Positions 41,305 through 50,342 of a stretch of 64,000 nucleotides of DNA are shown in pieces (the stretch's first letter is position 1; the number at the start of each line of letters is the position of its first letter). Where the stretch lies: contig JBDRZU010000001.1 of assembly GCA_039804105.1 (NCBI GenBank), positions 448,001 to 512,000 on the forward strand, in the 5' to 3' direction. Source of the DNA: a candidate division WOR-3 bacterium (GTDB lineage Bacteria; Hydrothermota; 32-111). The notes below the pieces were generated by a model. That model was not told the DNA's origin and made no database searches. It saw only the letters and a list, made by a program, of their open reading frames with translations. The position numbers and the translations under genes are program-made.

Positions 41305-42004
41305 TTTGAAAATCGTTTTTCTTAAAAATTTTAAATTCTCCAGGTTTTAACCCCTTTATCGAAAGGTTTCCAACTGATAACCTTTTCAAAACAATAACAG
41401 GATGACCAAGTGCTTTGAGTATATCTTTTATCTCATGATGTTTACCATGAGTTAAAATTATCTCGATTTCTGATTTATCCCTTGATGAATCATAATAAAC
41501 AATTTTTACATCATCCAGTTTTAAAAATCTTTCTTCAACCTTTAACCCTTTTTTCAAAATTTTTATTTGACTCTCACTTAAATTTCCAAAAATTCTTGCC
41601 CTGTAAACTTTTTGAACCTGATTTTTTGGATGTGTTAAATAATTTATAAAATCACCATCATCAGTTAAAATCAATGCGCCCTCAGTGTCAAAATCGAGTC
41701 GCCCTGCTGGTCTTAATTTTTCAAATTTTTTTGGCAAAAAATCCATCACTGTTGGTCTACCCTTTTCGTCACTCCTTGAAGTTATACAATTCTTTGGTTT
41801 ATAAAGAAGAATATAAGTATAATCCTTTTTCGTTTGATTTAATCTCATTCCATCTATTTCTATTTTATCATTTTCATCAACCATCTCTCCAAGTTTTGCA
41901 AGTTTTCCATTAACTGCAACTCTTGCTTCCTTGATCAACTGATCAACCTCTCGTCTTGAAATACCTGTAATTGAGGAAATAAACTTATTGATCCTTATCT
42001 TCAA
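41297..42004 (-). CDS. rRNA pseudouridine synthase (RluB/RsuA family)
   Basis: S4 domain SRRE; GRLDFDTEG. Probable TTG start at 42004. Confidence 0.9.
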   Translation of the reverse strand: MKIRINKFISSITGISRREVDQLIKEARVAVNGKLAKLGEMVDENDKIEIDGMRLNQTKKDYTYILLYKPKNCITSRSDEKGRPTVMDFLPKKFEKLRPAGRLDFDTEGALILTDDGDFINYLTHPKNQVQKVYRARIFGNLSESQIKILKKGLKVEERFLKLDDVKIVYYDSSRDKSEIEIILTHGKHHEIKDILKALGHPVIVLKRLSVGNLSIKGLKPGEFKIFKKNDFQNV

Positions 42005-42542
42005 AGAGTTCCTCCTGTTTTGGTTGATCGGTTGTGATCTCATCAAGTGCAGGTAATTCTTTCAAACTTGAGATTTTGAAATATGAAAGAAACTTTTTTG
42101 TTGTATGGTAAAGGGATGGTTTACCTGGTAAATCAGCGTTTCCCCTTTTCACTATAAGTTCTCTATCAAGAAGTGTTTTGAAAACACCATCACAGTTAAC
42201 ACCTCTTATCTCCTCAACTTCCTGTTTTGTTATCGGTTGTTTGTATGCTATTATTGCAAGAGTTTCAAGTGCTGGAGTTGAAAGTCGTGGTGCTTTTTTG
42301 TTGCCAAAAAAATTTTCAAGAATATCAGCGTATTGTGGTTTTGTAACAAGTTGATAACCAGAAGCGACCTCAATTATCATTATCCCCGAATCTTCTGAAG
42401 AGTATTTTTCTTTAAGATACTCTATAACTTGCAACAACAATGTTTTTTCGATTCCAAGTGCTTTTGCAAGTTCATCCTTATCTATAGGTTCCGATGAAGA
42501 GAAAAGTATTGCTTCAACCTGTGGTATTATCCGTTCCATCAA
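41985..42542 (-). CDS. scpB: SMC-Scp complex subunit ScpB
   Basis: EAILF; LETLAIIAYKQPITKQEVEEIRGV; LKELP. Confidence 0.95.
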   Translation of the reverse strand: MMERIIPQVEAILFSSSEPIDKDELAKALGIEKTLLLQVIEYLKEKYSSEDSGIMIIEVASGYQLVTKPQYADILENFFGNKKAPRLSTPALETLAIIAYKQPITKQEVEEIRGVNCDGVFKTLLDRELIVKRGNADLPGKPSLYHTTKKFLSYFKISSLKELPALDEITTDQPKQEELFEDKDQ

Positions 42543-43473
42543 AATCCTCCGTTACAGTGATCCTGTTGTTAAAAGTTTTATTGATTATACCTTTCATCTC
42601 AAGTGTAGTCAGAAGAGATAAAATTCTCGATTTTTCAAATCCTTCTGTTTTTAATATATTTTCAAGATTACCATATTTTTTGATAAGTTCAACAACCTTT
42701 TTTTCATCATCTGATAATATCGTCTCGATATCGTTTCTTTTCTGTTTTGAAACACCAGGTAGAATGTCCAAAGAATATAAAGGGATAGCACCTTTAAAGA
42801 TCGCATAGTTAGGAGCGTATGATAATTTGTTTGTGATTTCACCAGGTAAAGCAAAAATCTGTTTTTTCAATTTCAAAGAAAAAAGAAATGTTGAAAGTGT
42901 CCCACTGTTAACAGCACCCTGGATGATTATCAGAATATCAGAGATCACCGAAATGATAAAATTCCTTTTTATAAAATTATGTTTGTATGGTTTAATAAAA
43001 GGAGAATACTCAGAAACCAAAAGACCATTTTTTTTTATCTCATCTTTCAATTTTATATTTGAAACAGGATAATTGATCCCAAAACCACATGGTAAAACTG
43101 CAACGGTTCCTATACCTTTCTGAATCGATTCCCTATGAACGAGAGAATCTATTCCCTGTGCAAAACCACTAACTGTGACAATATCTTTGTTCTTATAACC
43201 TTCAACGATATCCTTTACTCCTTTGATACCATAACTATCTGGTTTTCTCGTTCCAACTATTCCGATTTTAAATTTTTTTAAATTTTCTGTATTTCCAAGA
43301 GCAAAAAGATATGCGGGAAAATTTTCGACTCTTTTTTGAAAAAATTGTTCACTCTCTAAAATTTTAACATTCTCTTTTTCGATAAACTTCAAACTCTTCT
43401 CATAAGTTGAATCTGGAAGGTTGTAAAGTTTTATCTGTTCTTTTAGATATTTCAAAAACTTTTCATCAAACAT
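42514..43473 (-). CDS. dprA: DNA-processing protein DprA
   Basis: IVGTR; VSGFAQGID..H; FIKRN..IS; SGTL; FALPG. Confidence 0.92.
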   Translation of the reverse strand: MFDEKFLKYLKEQIKLYNLPDSTYEKSLKFIEKENVKILESEQFFQKRVENFPAYLFALGNTENLKKFKIGIVGTRKPDSYGIKGVKDIVEGYKNKDIVTVSGFAQGIDSLVHRESIQKGIGTVAVLPCGFGINYPVSNIKLKDEIKKNGLLVSEYSPFIKPYKHNFIKRNFIISVISDILIIIQGAVNSGTLSTFLFSLKLKKQIFALPGEITNKLSYAPNYAIFKGAIPLYSLDILPGVSKQKRNDIETILSDDEKKVVELIKKYGNLENILKTEGFEKSRILSLLTTLEMKGIINKTFNNRITVTEDFDGTDNTTG

Positions 43474-44437
43474 AATTCTCGATCTCTTTCAAAATTATAT
43501 CCTCAATATTTCCTGTATCATTGTTGATCAAAGAGGCAAAAGTGTATTTAACATCTTTGAAAATCTCTCCAACCTCGATATTTTTATTCTCCAGTAAATC
43601 GGTTTTATTGAAAATCACTATTCTTTTCTTTTTCAACAATCTTCTGTCATAATTTTCAAGTTCACTCAAAAGGATCTTATATGTTTTTTCAATATCACCT
43701 GTAACATCTATAACAAATACAAGAATGTTAACTCTGCTGATATGTTTTAAAAATCTGTTTCCAAGCCCTTTCCCTTCACTTGCTCCTTCGATAATCCCTG
43801 GAATATCAGCGATTCTGACTATTTTGACACCATCGGTTAAAATTCCAAGATTTGGTTCAAGTGTCGTAAAAGGATAATCGGCGATTTTTGGATTCGCTTT
43901 CGCTACAACTTTTAAAAATGTTGATTTTCCTGCATTAGGAAGCCCAACGAGTCCAACATCTGCTATCAGTCGAAGTTCCAGGATCACCTCTTCATTTTCA
44001 CCACTTTTCCCTTTTTCAAATCTTCTTGGTGCCTGATTGACTGAACTTTTAAAATGGACATTCCCTCTTCCACCTCTTCCACCTCTTAGAAAAACTATTT
44101 CACCTTCAAGTAACTCATTGAGTTCATTCCCCATCTTATCGAGAATTACGGTTCCAGGCGGGACTTCTATAACAACATCTTTTCCATCTCTTCCATGTTT
44201 TTGTTGCCCTTTTCCATTCTCTCCATCCTCTGCTCTGAAATGGTGTTTGTATCTGAGATGGTTTAGAGTGAACAATCGTTTGTTGACCCTGAAGATTACA
44301 TCTCCACCTTTACCACCATCACCACCATCTGGCCCACCTTTTGGCACATAGATCTCTCTTCTGAAAGAGCAACTCCCATCCCCTCCTTTTCCTGATTGTA
44401 AAAATAATGTAACTCTATCGATATATTTACTTTTCAT
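43466..44437 (-). CDS. obgE: GTPase ObgE
   Basis: FRRE..PKGGPDGGDGG; GLPNAGKS; DYPFTT; DIPG; NKTD. Confidence 0.96.
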   Translation of the reverse strand: MKSKYIDRVTLFLQSGKGGDGSCSFRREIYVPKGGPDGGDGGKGGDVIFRVNKRLFTLNHLRYKHHFRAEDGENGKGQQKHGRDGKDVVIEVPPGTVILDKMGNELNELLEGEIVFLRGGRGGRGNVHFKSSVNQAPRRFEKGKSGENEEVILELRLIADVGLVGLPNAGKSTFLKVVAKANPKIADYPFTTLEPNLGILTDGVKIVRIADIPGIIEGASEGKGLGNRFLKHISRVNILVFVIDVTGDIEKTYKILLSELENYDRRLLKKKRIVIFNKTDLLENKNIEVGEIFKDVKYTFASLINNDTGNIEDIILKEIENYV

Positions 44438-45609
44438 ACATTCTCTTTCAAAAACTTCTCTATCCTTTCGATTCCCTTTTCAATCTCACTCATCGAAGCA
44501 GCATAAGAGATTCTTATAAATCCTTCAGCACCGAATGCACCACCAGGAATAACTGCAACTTTATAATCTTCAAGAAGTTTTGTGCATATTTCTTCTGAGT
44601 CCTTAAACTTTTTCCCAATAAATTTTCTGAAATCAACGAAAAGATAAAATGCGCCCTGTGGTTCAACATATTTTAACCCTTCAATCTTTTCAACCTTTTT
44701 CATCAAAAACTCTCTTCTTTTTGCAAACTCATCGATCATCTTGTTCACTATCTTTTCATCAAGTTTTAATGCAGCAACCGCTGCTTTCTGGGATATCGAT
44801 GAGGTGCATGAAGTTGAATGTGTTTGAACCATCAACGCTTTTTCAACAAGTTTCTTTTCACCTCCAAGATAACCGATCCTCCAGCCGGTCATCGCGTATG
44901 TTTTTGATAGTCCATTTACAGTAAAAGTTAAGTCCTTTATTTTGTCGTTAAAAGAGGCAATCGAATAATGTTTGTTAGGGCTATAAATAATTTTTTCATA
45001 AATCTCATCAGAAATACAATAGATATTGTGTTCAACTATAAGATCAGCAAGTGCCTTCAACTCTTTCTCTGTGAAAACAACACCTGTTGGATTGTTTGGT
45101 GAATTGATTATTATCATCCTTGTTTTTTTTGTTATCTTCTCTTTGACTCTATCCACATTTATTCTGAAATTATCAAGTGATGTATCAACTATAACTGGAA
45201 CAGCACCTGTCATTTTGACCATCTCAATGTATGACACCCAATAAGGTGCAAGAAGTATAACTTCTGAGTCCTCATCGCACAAAGCCTGTAAAACATTGTA
45301 TATCGATTGCTTCGCACCTGTTGAAACTATTATATTCTCAGGTTTGTATTCAAGGTTATTTTCTTTTTTGAACTTTTCACATATAAGTTCAAGAAGTTCG
45401 TTTATACCTCTGACCGCTGTATAACCAGTGAAACCTTCTTTTATCGCTTTTATCGCTTCCTCTTTGATTTTATCGGGTGTATCAAAATCTGGCTCTCCTG
45501 CAGCAAGTATTGCAACATCAATGTTTTTACTTTTCATACTTTTTGCAAGGGATGTAATTTTTAATGTTGAAGAGTCGCCAACATTTGCAAATCTTTTTGA
45601 TATTTTCAT
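44434..45609 (-). CDS. PLP-dependent aminotransferase class I (aspartate aminotransferase-like)
   Basis: GEPDFDTP; NSPNNPTG; DEIY; SKTYAMTGWRIG. Confidence 0.93.
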   Translation of the reverse strand: MKISKRFANVGDSSTLKITSLAKSMKSKNIDVAILAAGEPDFDTPDKIKEEAIKAIKEGFTGYTAVRGINELLELICEKFKKENNLEYKPENIIVSTGAKQSIYNVLQALCDEDSEVILLAPYWVSYIEMVKMTGAVPVIVDTSLDNFRINVDRVKEKITKKTRMIIINSPNNPTGVVFTEKELKALADLIVEHNIYCISDEIYEKIIYSPNKHYSIASFNDKIKDLTFTVNGLSKTYAMTGWRIGYLGGEKKLVEKALMVQTHSTSCTSSISQKAAVAALKLDEKIVNKMIDEFAKRREFLMKKVEKIEGLKYVEPQGAFYLFVDFRKFIGKKFKDSEEICTKLLEDYKVAVIPGGAFGAEGFIRISYAASMSEIEKGIERIEKFLKENV

Positions 45610-45700
45610 CTTTTCTCCTTTTAAATTAATTAAAATAAATATTTTAAATCATTATAGAGTTAAGTCAATATTTTAAAGTGGATAAAGGGATTTTTTAGAG

Positions 45701-45774
45701 TGGGCCCACTAGGGATCGAACCTAGGACCTGATGATTATGAGTCATCCGCTCTAACCAGCTGAGCTATGGGCCC
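45701..45774 (-). tRNA. tRNA with CAT anticodon, probably tRNA-Ile2 (lysidine); elongator Met not excluded
   Basis: Reverse complement GGGCCCATAGCTCAGCTGGTTAGAGC...CTCATAA...GGTTCGATCCC...GGGCCCA. Paired 1-72 and no GGG/CCC anticodon stem, so not the initiator tRNA. Confidence 0.9.
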
Positions 45775-45878
45775 AAGTGTTTTTGTATTATATGATTTTT
45801 TTCTTTCTTGTCAATATAAAATAATTCCATTTCGCATAAGTTTTTTAAAAAACTTGTTTTATTACTTTTAAACAAAAT

Positions 45879-48095
45879 CTATCGAACAATTACAAATTTT
45901 TTATTTAACTTTATCTTTCCATCTGTTAAATTTAAAAAGTATACTCCCGGGTTCAATTTTTTTAAACTCAAAGAGTATCGTCCTGCGACTCTGTTCATCT
46001 GTTGTTTTACAATCTTTCCTGTAATATCGTAAATTACAAGTTCATTTTTATTATGTGCATTATAACTTACCTGATCATTTGTAACCACAAGATTTAAACT
46101 CGTTTGATTTTCATTTTCCGGATCAATGTTTTTGTTGATACCAGTCAATAGAAAATCTAATATGTAAATTCCTCTAAAATCTGTAACATAAACATTATCC
46201 CCATATACAAAAACATCACGGGAATACCCTGGTGTATCATAATAACCGACCTCAACTGGATTTGCTGGATTTTTTACATCAATTATACGCAGCCCACTGC
46301 TACCATCAGCAACATAAGCATATCCTTTGGAAACATAAATACCATTTGCATTTCCTGGAGTATCATAAAAACCAACCTCAACAGGATTTGCTGGATTGTT
46401 GATATTTATGATTCTTAATCCATAGTTGCTATCGGCAATATAAGCATATCCATTTGATATATAAACATTCAAAGCGTTTCCAGGTGTATCGCAGTATCCC
46501 ACCTCTATTGGGCTTAATGGATTTGATATATCTATAACTCTTAATCCGGCACTACTTGCAGCAACAAAAGCGTAATTACCGGAAATATAAACATCATAAA
46601 GATGCCCTGCGGTTGAATAAGAAACAACCTGTTTTGGTTTTGTTAAATCAGAGATATCGATTATCCTTAATCCATAATCGTAGTCAGCAATGTAAGCGTA
46701 ATTACCTGATACATAAACATCGTATGCAAACCCCCAATCTCCAAAGGAACCAACTTTTACAGGGTTCGAAGGATCACTCACATCAAGTATGTTGAACTTC
46801 ATAAGGTCTATATCATAAATATAATATCCACTAACAACATACGCATAATTACCAGATTTGTATACTCCTAAGGCTGGAGAAGCAGAAAGATAACTTCCTG
46901 ATGGGTTTGGATTTACAGGAGTAGAAACATCATATATTTTCAATCCAAAATCATCATTTGCAACATAAGCGTAATTATCTGAAACAACTATTCCTTCTGC
47001 TGAAGTCGGAGTATCATAACGACTTATCTTGACAGGTGAGGTCGGTGTGGTTACATCAACTATTATCAATCCATAACTTTCATTCGCAACATAAGCATAA
47101 CCACTTTTAACATAAATATTTTTAGGAAACGGATAAAGTCCAGTGCTACCAACCTGAACGATATTTGCAGGGTCAGCAATATTTAAAATATTCAACTCAT
47201 AAGTTTCTGAGTCATACTCCCATTCTGTAAGATAAGCATAAGCACCCGAAATATGCAGATCCTCTATAAAATTAAAAGTTGAATAAGAACCTTTTTCTTC
47301 TGGATTGGATGGATCGGATACATCTATTATATTCATTTTGAAGTCAAATAAACCATTATTTATGATCACATAAGCACAGGTTAATGAGATGAAAACCTTT
47401 TCAACAGAACCAGTTGTTATACAATATCCTGTTTCTGTTGGAGTCGAAGGATCTGATACATCGACTATTCTTAAACCTCCACCACCATCAGCAATATAAG
47501 CATAATCAGCAAAAACATAAACATCGTAAGCATAACCGGGAGTGATATAATACCCTGTTTTTACGGGATTTGCTGGATTTGATATATCAAGGATCCGTAA
47601 TCCAGAATCACCATCAGCAACAAAAAGATATACTTTATACACAAAAATTCCTTCAGCATCACCAGGTGTATCAAAAGAAGTCACTTCAACTGGATTAGAA
47701 GGATTTGAAACATCTATAACCCATATTTTAGAACTGGAATCGACCACATAAGCATAATTTCCCAAAACAAAAATTTTATTTAAAATAACACTCATGTCGA
47801 GAAATCCTACAAGAACTGGATTTTGGGGATCTTTCACATTTAAAATTACAAAACTGTATCCCATAGAAACATAAGCAAAACTATCAACTCTGAAAACATC
47901 GTAAGCACTTCCAAAATATGGCACTCTGCCGATTCCTGCAACATTTAAACTATCTGTTGCCCATTCTAAATTTTTTTGATCAAATAAATTTTTAAATTCT
48001 GATGTTTTTATCTTATCCCAATTATATGAACTCTTCGATGCAAAAATAAACAAACTCAAAAAAATCAATGAGGAAATAAAGAATATCTTTTTCAT
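45879..48095 (-). CDS. LVIVD-repeat secreted protein with T9SS-type CTD
   Basis: Signal peptide; many YAYVAD..GLRIIDxSNPxNPVEVG..DTPG repeats; YDITGK...PGVYFL. Confidence 0.92.
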   Translation of the reverse strand: MKKIFFISSLIFLSLFIFASKSSYNWDKIKTSEFKNLFDQKNLEWATDSLNVAGIGRVPYFGSAYDVFRVDSFAYVSMGYSFVILNVKDPQNPVLVGFLDMSVILNKIFVLGNYAYVVDSSSKIWVIDVSNPSNPVEVTSFDTPGDAEGIFVYKVYLFVADGDSGLRILDISNPANPVKTGYYITPGYAYDVYVFADYAYIADGGGGLRIVDVSDPSTPTETGYCITTGSVEKVFISLTCAYVIINNGLFDFKMNIIDVSDPSNPEEKGSYSTFNFIEDLHISGAYAYLTEWEYDSETYELNILNIADPANIVQVGSTGLYPFPKNIYVKSGYAYVANESYGLIIVDVTTPTSPVKISRYDTPTSAEGIVVSDNYAYVANDDFGLKIYDVSTPVNPNPSGSYLSASPALGVYKSGNYAYVVSGYYIYDIDLMKFNILDVSDPSNPVKVGSFGDWGFAYDVYVSGNYAYIADYDYGLRIIDISDLTKPKQVVSYSTAGHLYDVYISGNYAFVAASSAGLRVIDISNPLSPIEVGYCDTPGNALNVYISNGYAYIADSNYGLRIININNPANPVEVGFYDTPGNANGIYVSKGYAYVADGSSGLRIIDVKNPANPVEVGYYDTPGYSRDVFVYGDNVYVTDFRGIYILDFLLTGINKNIDPENENQTSLNLVVTNDQVSYNAHNKNELVIYDITGKIVKQQMNRVAGRYSLSLKKLNPGVYFLNLTDGKIKLNKKFVIVR

Positions 48096-48158
48096 TCATC
48101 CTCCCACTACTGATTGAGTATTCTAATCTTTTAATATTTTTTTAAAACTTTTCAAAAC

Positions 48159-48187
48159 AAAAATGTCAAAAAGTCAAGCACCGTCCC
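48159..48187 (+). repeat. 29-bp dispersed repeat, copy 3
   Basis: Exact copy, 12 bp from the stop codon of the gene at 48200. Confidence 0.97.
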
Positions 48188-48199
48188 CAGGTTTTTTTT

Positions 48200-50299
48200 T
48201 TATTCAAATTTCAATAACTTTTTTACAATTGTATGTGAAGGTGTTTTCAATTTTATAAAATAAATTCCTTTTTTTAAATTTTTTACATTCGTTTTATGTT
48301 TACCCCCTTTAGATTCTTCTCTTATTACTTCTCTTCCCGTTATATCGTATAACATCAACATTCCTTCAGTAAGGGTATTCCATATTATGTATTGTTCAGA
48401 TATTTCGATTTTTAAATCATTATTTTCAACTTCAATTAAAAGTTTTTTTTCATTATTTCCCGCCGGACTAAAATTACCATTTATTACTGTTGGATTAAAG
48501 CATGGAACCTTCAATAAAGTTTCCTGTATTGTTAAACTATCTGGATAGACTGTATCTCCAACCAATACTGTGGAAGATGTATCTCTGAATTCTATCCTTA
48601 ACCTATCCTTCTGAATTAGTCGAGGAAGCCAGTAAGCACTATCTATATTTAACCATGAATGTTCATTGTTTAATTGTAATATTTTATCTATATTACTGCT
48701 ATCTATTTTTGGTTGATTGGTTAGACCATGGAAATATATTATTACATAATCATCACCATCAACTCCACTTTGTGCTACAAAACCATCTGATGCTTTAATG
48801 CTGTCTATCCTGCATTCAACTCCTAATCCTCCCTTCAATGTTGTTATATATTTGTTTTTATCTCCATATACATACATTTCGCTCTGATAGTATCCCGTAC
48901 TTTCTGCATAAAAACCTGTTTTGATTTTCATACTATCATCAGGATATATTTTTAATGGATAAGTTAGTTCAGTATCGACAAAAAACTCCTGATTTTTAAA
49001 CCTTATTGAATCAACTAAAATTGTATCTCTCCCTTCGTTGAAAATAAAAAAACTATCACTTGTTAAAGAATCTGGAACCATAGTATTACCATAGATTATT
49101 GTATCCGGAGAATTTAACATTCTCCACTCAATTATATATGTCTTCATCATATCTATTCCATATGTATATGGGAGAAGAGGGTCTGATTCCCCACTCCATA
49201 TTATCTCTTTTCTGCAATTTCCATTCATATCAGCCATTATCACACTGCTTCCGGAAAATGTATCATTATCCATACTCCATATCAATTCAAAACTATCATT
49301 TCCCATTACCTTGAATATCTCTAAAATAGATCCAGCACAAAGAACCAGTTCATCGTATCCATCGCCATCCATATCACCTGCTGTTCCCCCACAACCACTT
49401 CCCACTGAACCTGATGGTCCATAATCTTTTCTTTGCCAGCGACTCCATTTTTTAAAATAGTGATTGTCACCATCACATTCAAACAAGTCATGTAACCATT
49501 CGGCAGGAGATTGATCATACGCTTTTCCACCAAATACATAATCATTATAGCCATCTTTGTCAATATCCCCTATTAATTTAACATAATAAGTACCAGCAAG
49601 AGTTGTGTCAAAAACCGAAACAAATGAATCCTGATTCATATTCTTTGATTCATACACTTTGTGTCCTAAATGAGTCATTGTAACAATATCTAAAAGTGAA
49701 TCATTGTCCATATATCCGATATCCATCGCATAAACTTTTCTTTTAAATGTATCTTTGTAAGCGAAATAATAACTATCATCACTATCGCTATCCATATAAA
49801 ACCAGCCATAAGGGTCATTATAAGTTGTATTAGGGTTCGGCGCTCCAAATATCCTGTTTTTCCCATCTCCTTTCAACAATGAGGTAACCCCAAAACAATG
49901 ATATTCCCCATTTTCATTCATTTTCAATTTCCAAGTCCACTCTTTACTTATACTATCTTTATATAGCTGTTCAATTATAAATATCATATTACTGTCTGAA
50001 GGATTTATTCCCATTAAATCCAAAAATCCATCACTATCAAAATCACCAATTCCTCTTATCCAACCGCCTTTAATAAAATCCAAAAATTCAAATTGATATT
50101 TACTCCATTTATAAATAGCATTATTATAGTCTCCTGTATAACAAAGCATTGACAGTAAAGTATCCGTTTCTCTATTTATAATAATGGGAGAATAAATATT
50201 AGGCTCAAAACTTCCAAATGGTATTTCTTGCTTTATCTCTATTACAGAAAATAATGCCATTGATCCCAAAATCAATACCAATAGTATCATCCATTTCAT
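48200..50299 (-). CDS. FG-GAP/VCBS-repeat secreted protein with ASH-like domain, unknown domain and T9SS-type CTD
   Basis: GDFDSDGFLD, GDIDKDGYND, GDMDGDGYDEL, ADMNGN repeats; signal peptide from MKWMIL (50299); YDITGR...KGIYFI. Confidence 0.88.
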   Translation of the reverse strand: MKWMILLVLILGSMALFSVIEIKQEIPFGSFEPNIYSPIIINRETDTLLSMLCYTGDYNNAIYKWSKYQFEFLDFIKGGWIRGIGDFDSDGFLDLMGINPSDSNMIFIIEQLYKDSISKEWTWKLKMNENGEYHCFGVTSLLKGDGKNRIFGAPNPNTTYNDPYGWFYMDSDSDDSYYFAYKDTFKRKVYAMDIGYMDNDSLLDIVTMTHLGHKVYESKNMNQDSFVSVFDTTLAGTYYVKLIGDIDKDGYNDYVFGGKAYDQSPAEWLHDLFECDGDNHYFKKWSRWQRKDYGPSGSVGSGCGGTAGDMDGDGYDELVLCAGSILEIFKVMGNDSFELIWSMDNDTFSGSSVIMADMNGNCRKEIIWSGESDPLLPYTYGIDMMKTYIIEWRMLNSPDTIIYGNTMVPDSLTSDSFFIFNEGRDTILVDSIRFKNQEFFVDTELTYPLKIYPDDSMKIKTGFYAESTGYYQSEMYVYGDKNKYITTLKGGLGVECRIDSIKASDGFVAQSGVDGDDYVIIYFHGLTNQPKIDSSNIDKILQLNNEHSWLNIDSAYWLPRLIQKDRLRIEFRDTSSTVLVGDTVYPDSLTIQETLLKVPCFNPTVINGNFSPAGNNEKKLLIEVENNDLKIEISEQYIIWNTLTEGMLMLYDITGREVIREESKGGKHKTNVKNLKKGIYFIKLKTPSHTIVKKLLKFE

Positions 50300-50342
50300 T
50301 GGAGGGAATTTTATTCCCTCCAATAGTTTTTTTAGCTTAATT

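Noticed and set aside
45879..48095. Internal nucleotide repeats as a DGR template/variable repeat pair
   Set aside because: They are degenerate protein-level LVIVD repeats, and there is no reverse transcriptase in the window.
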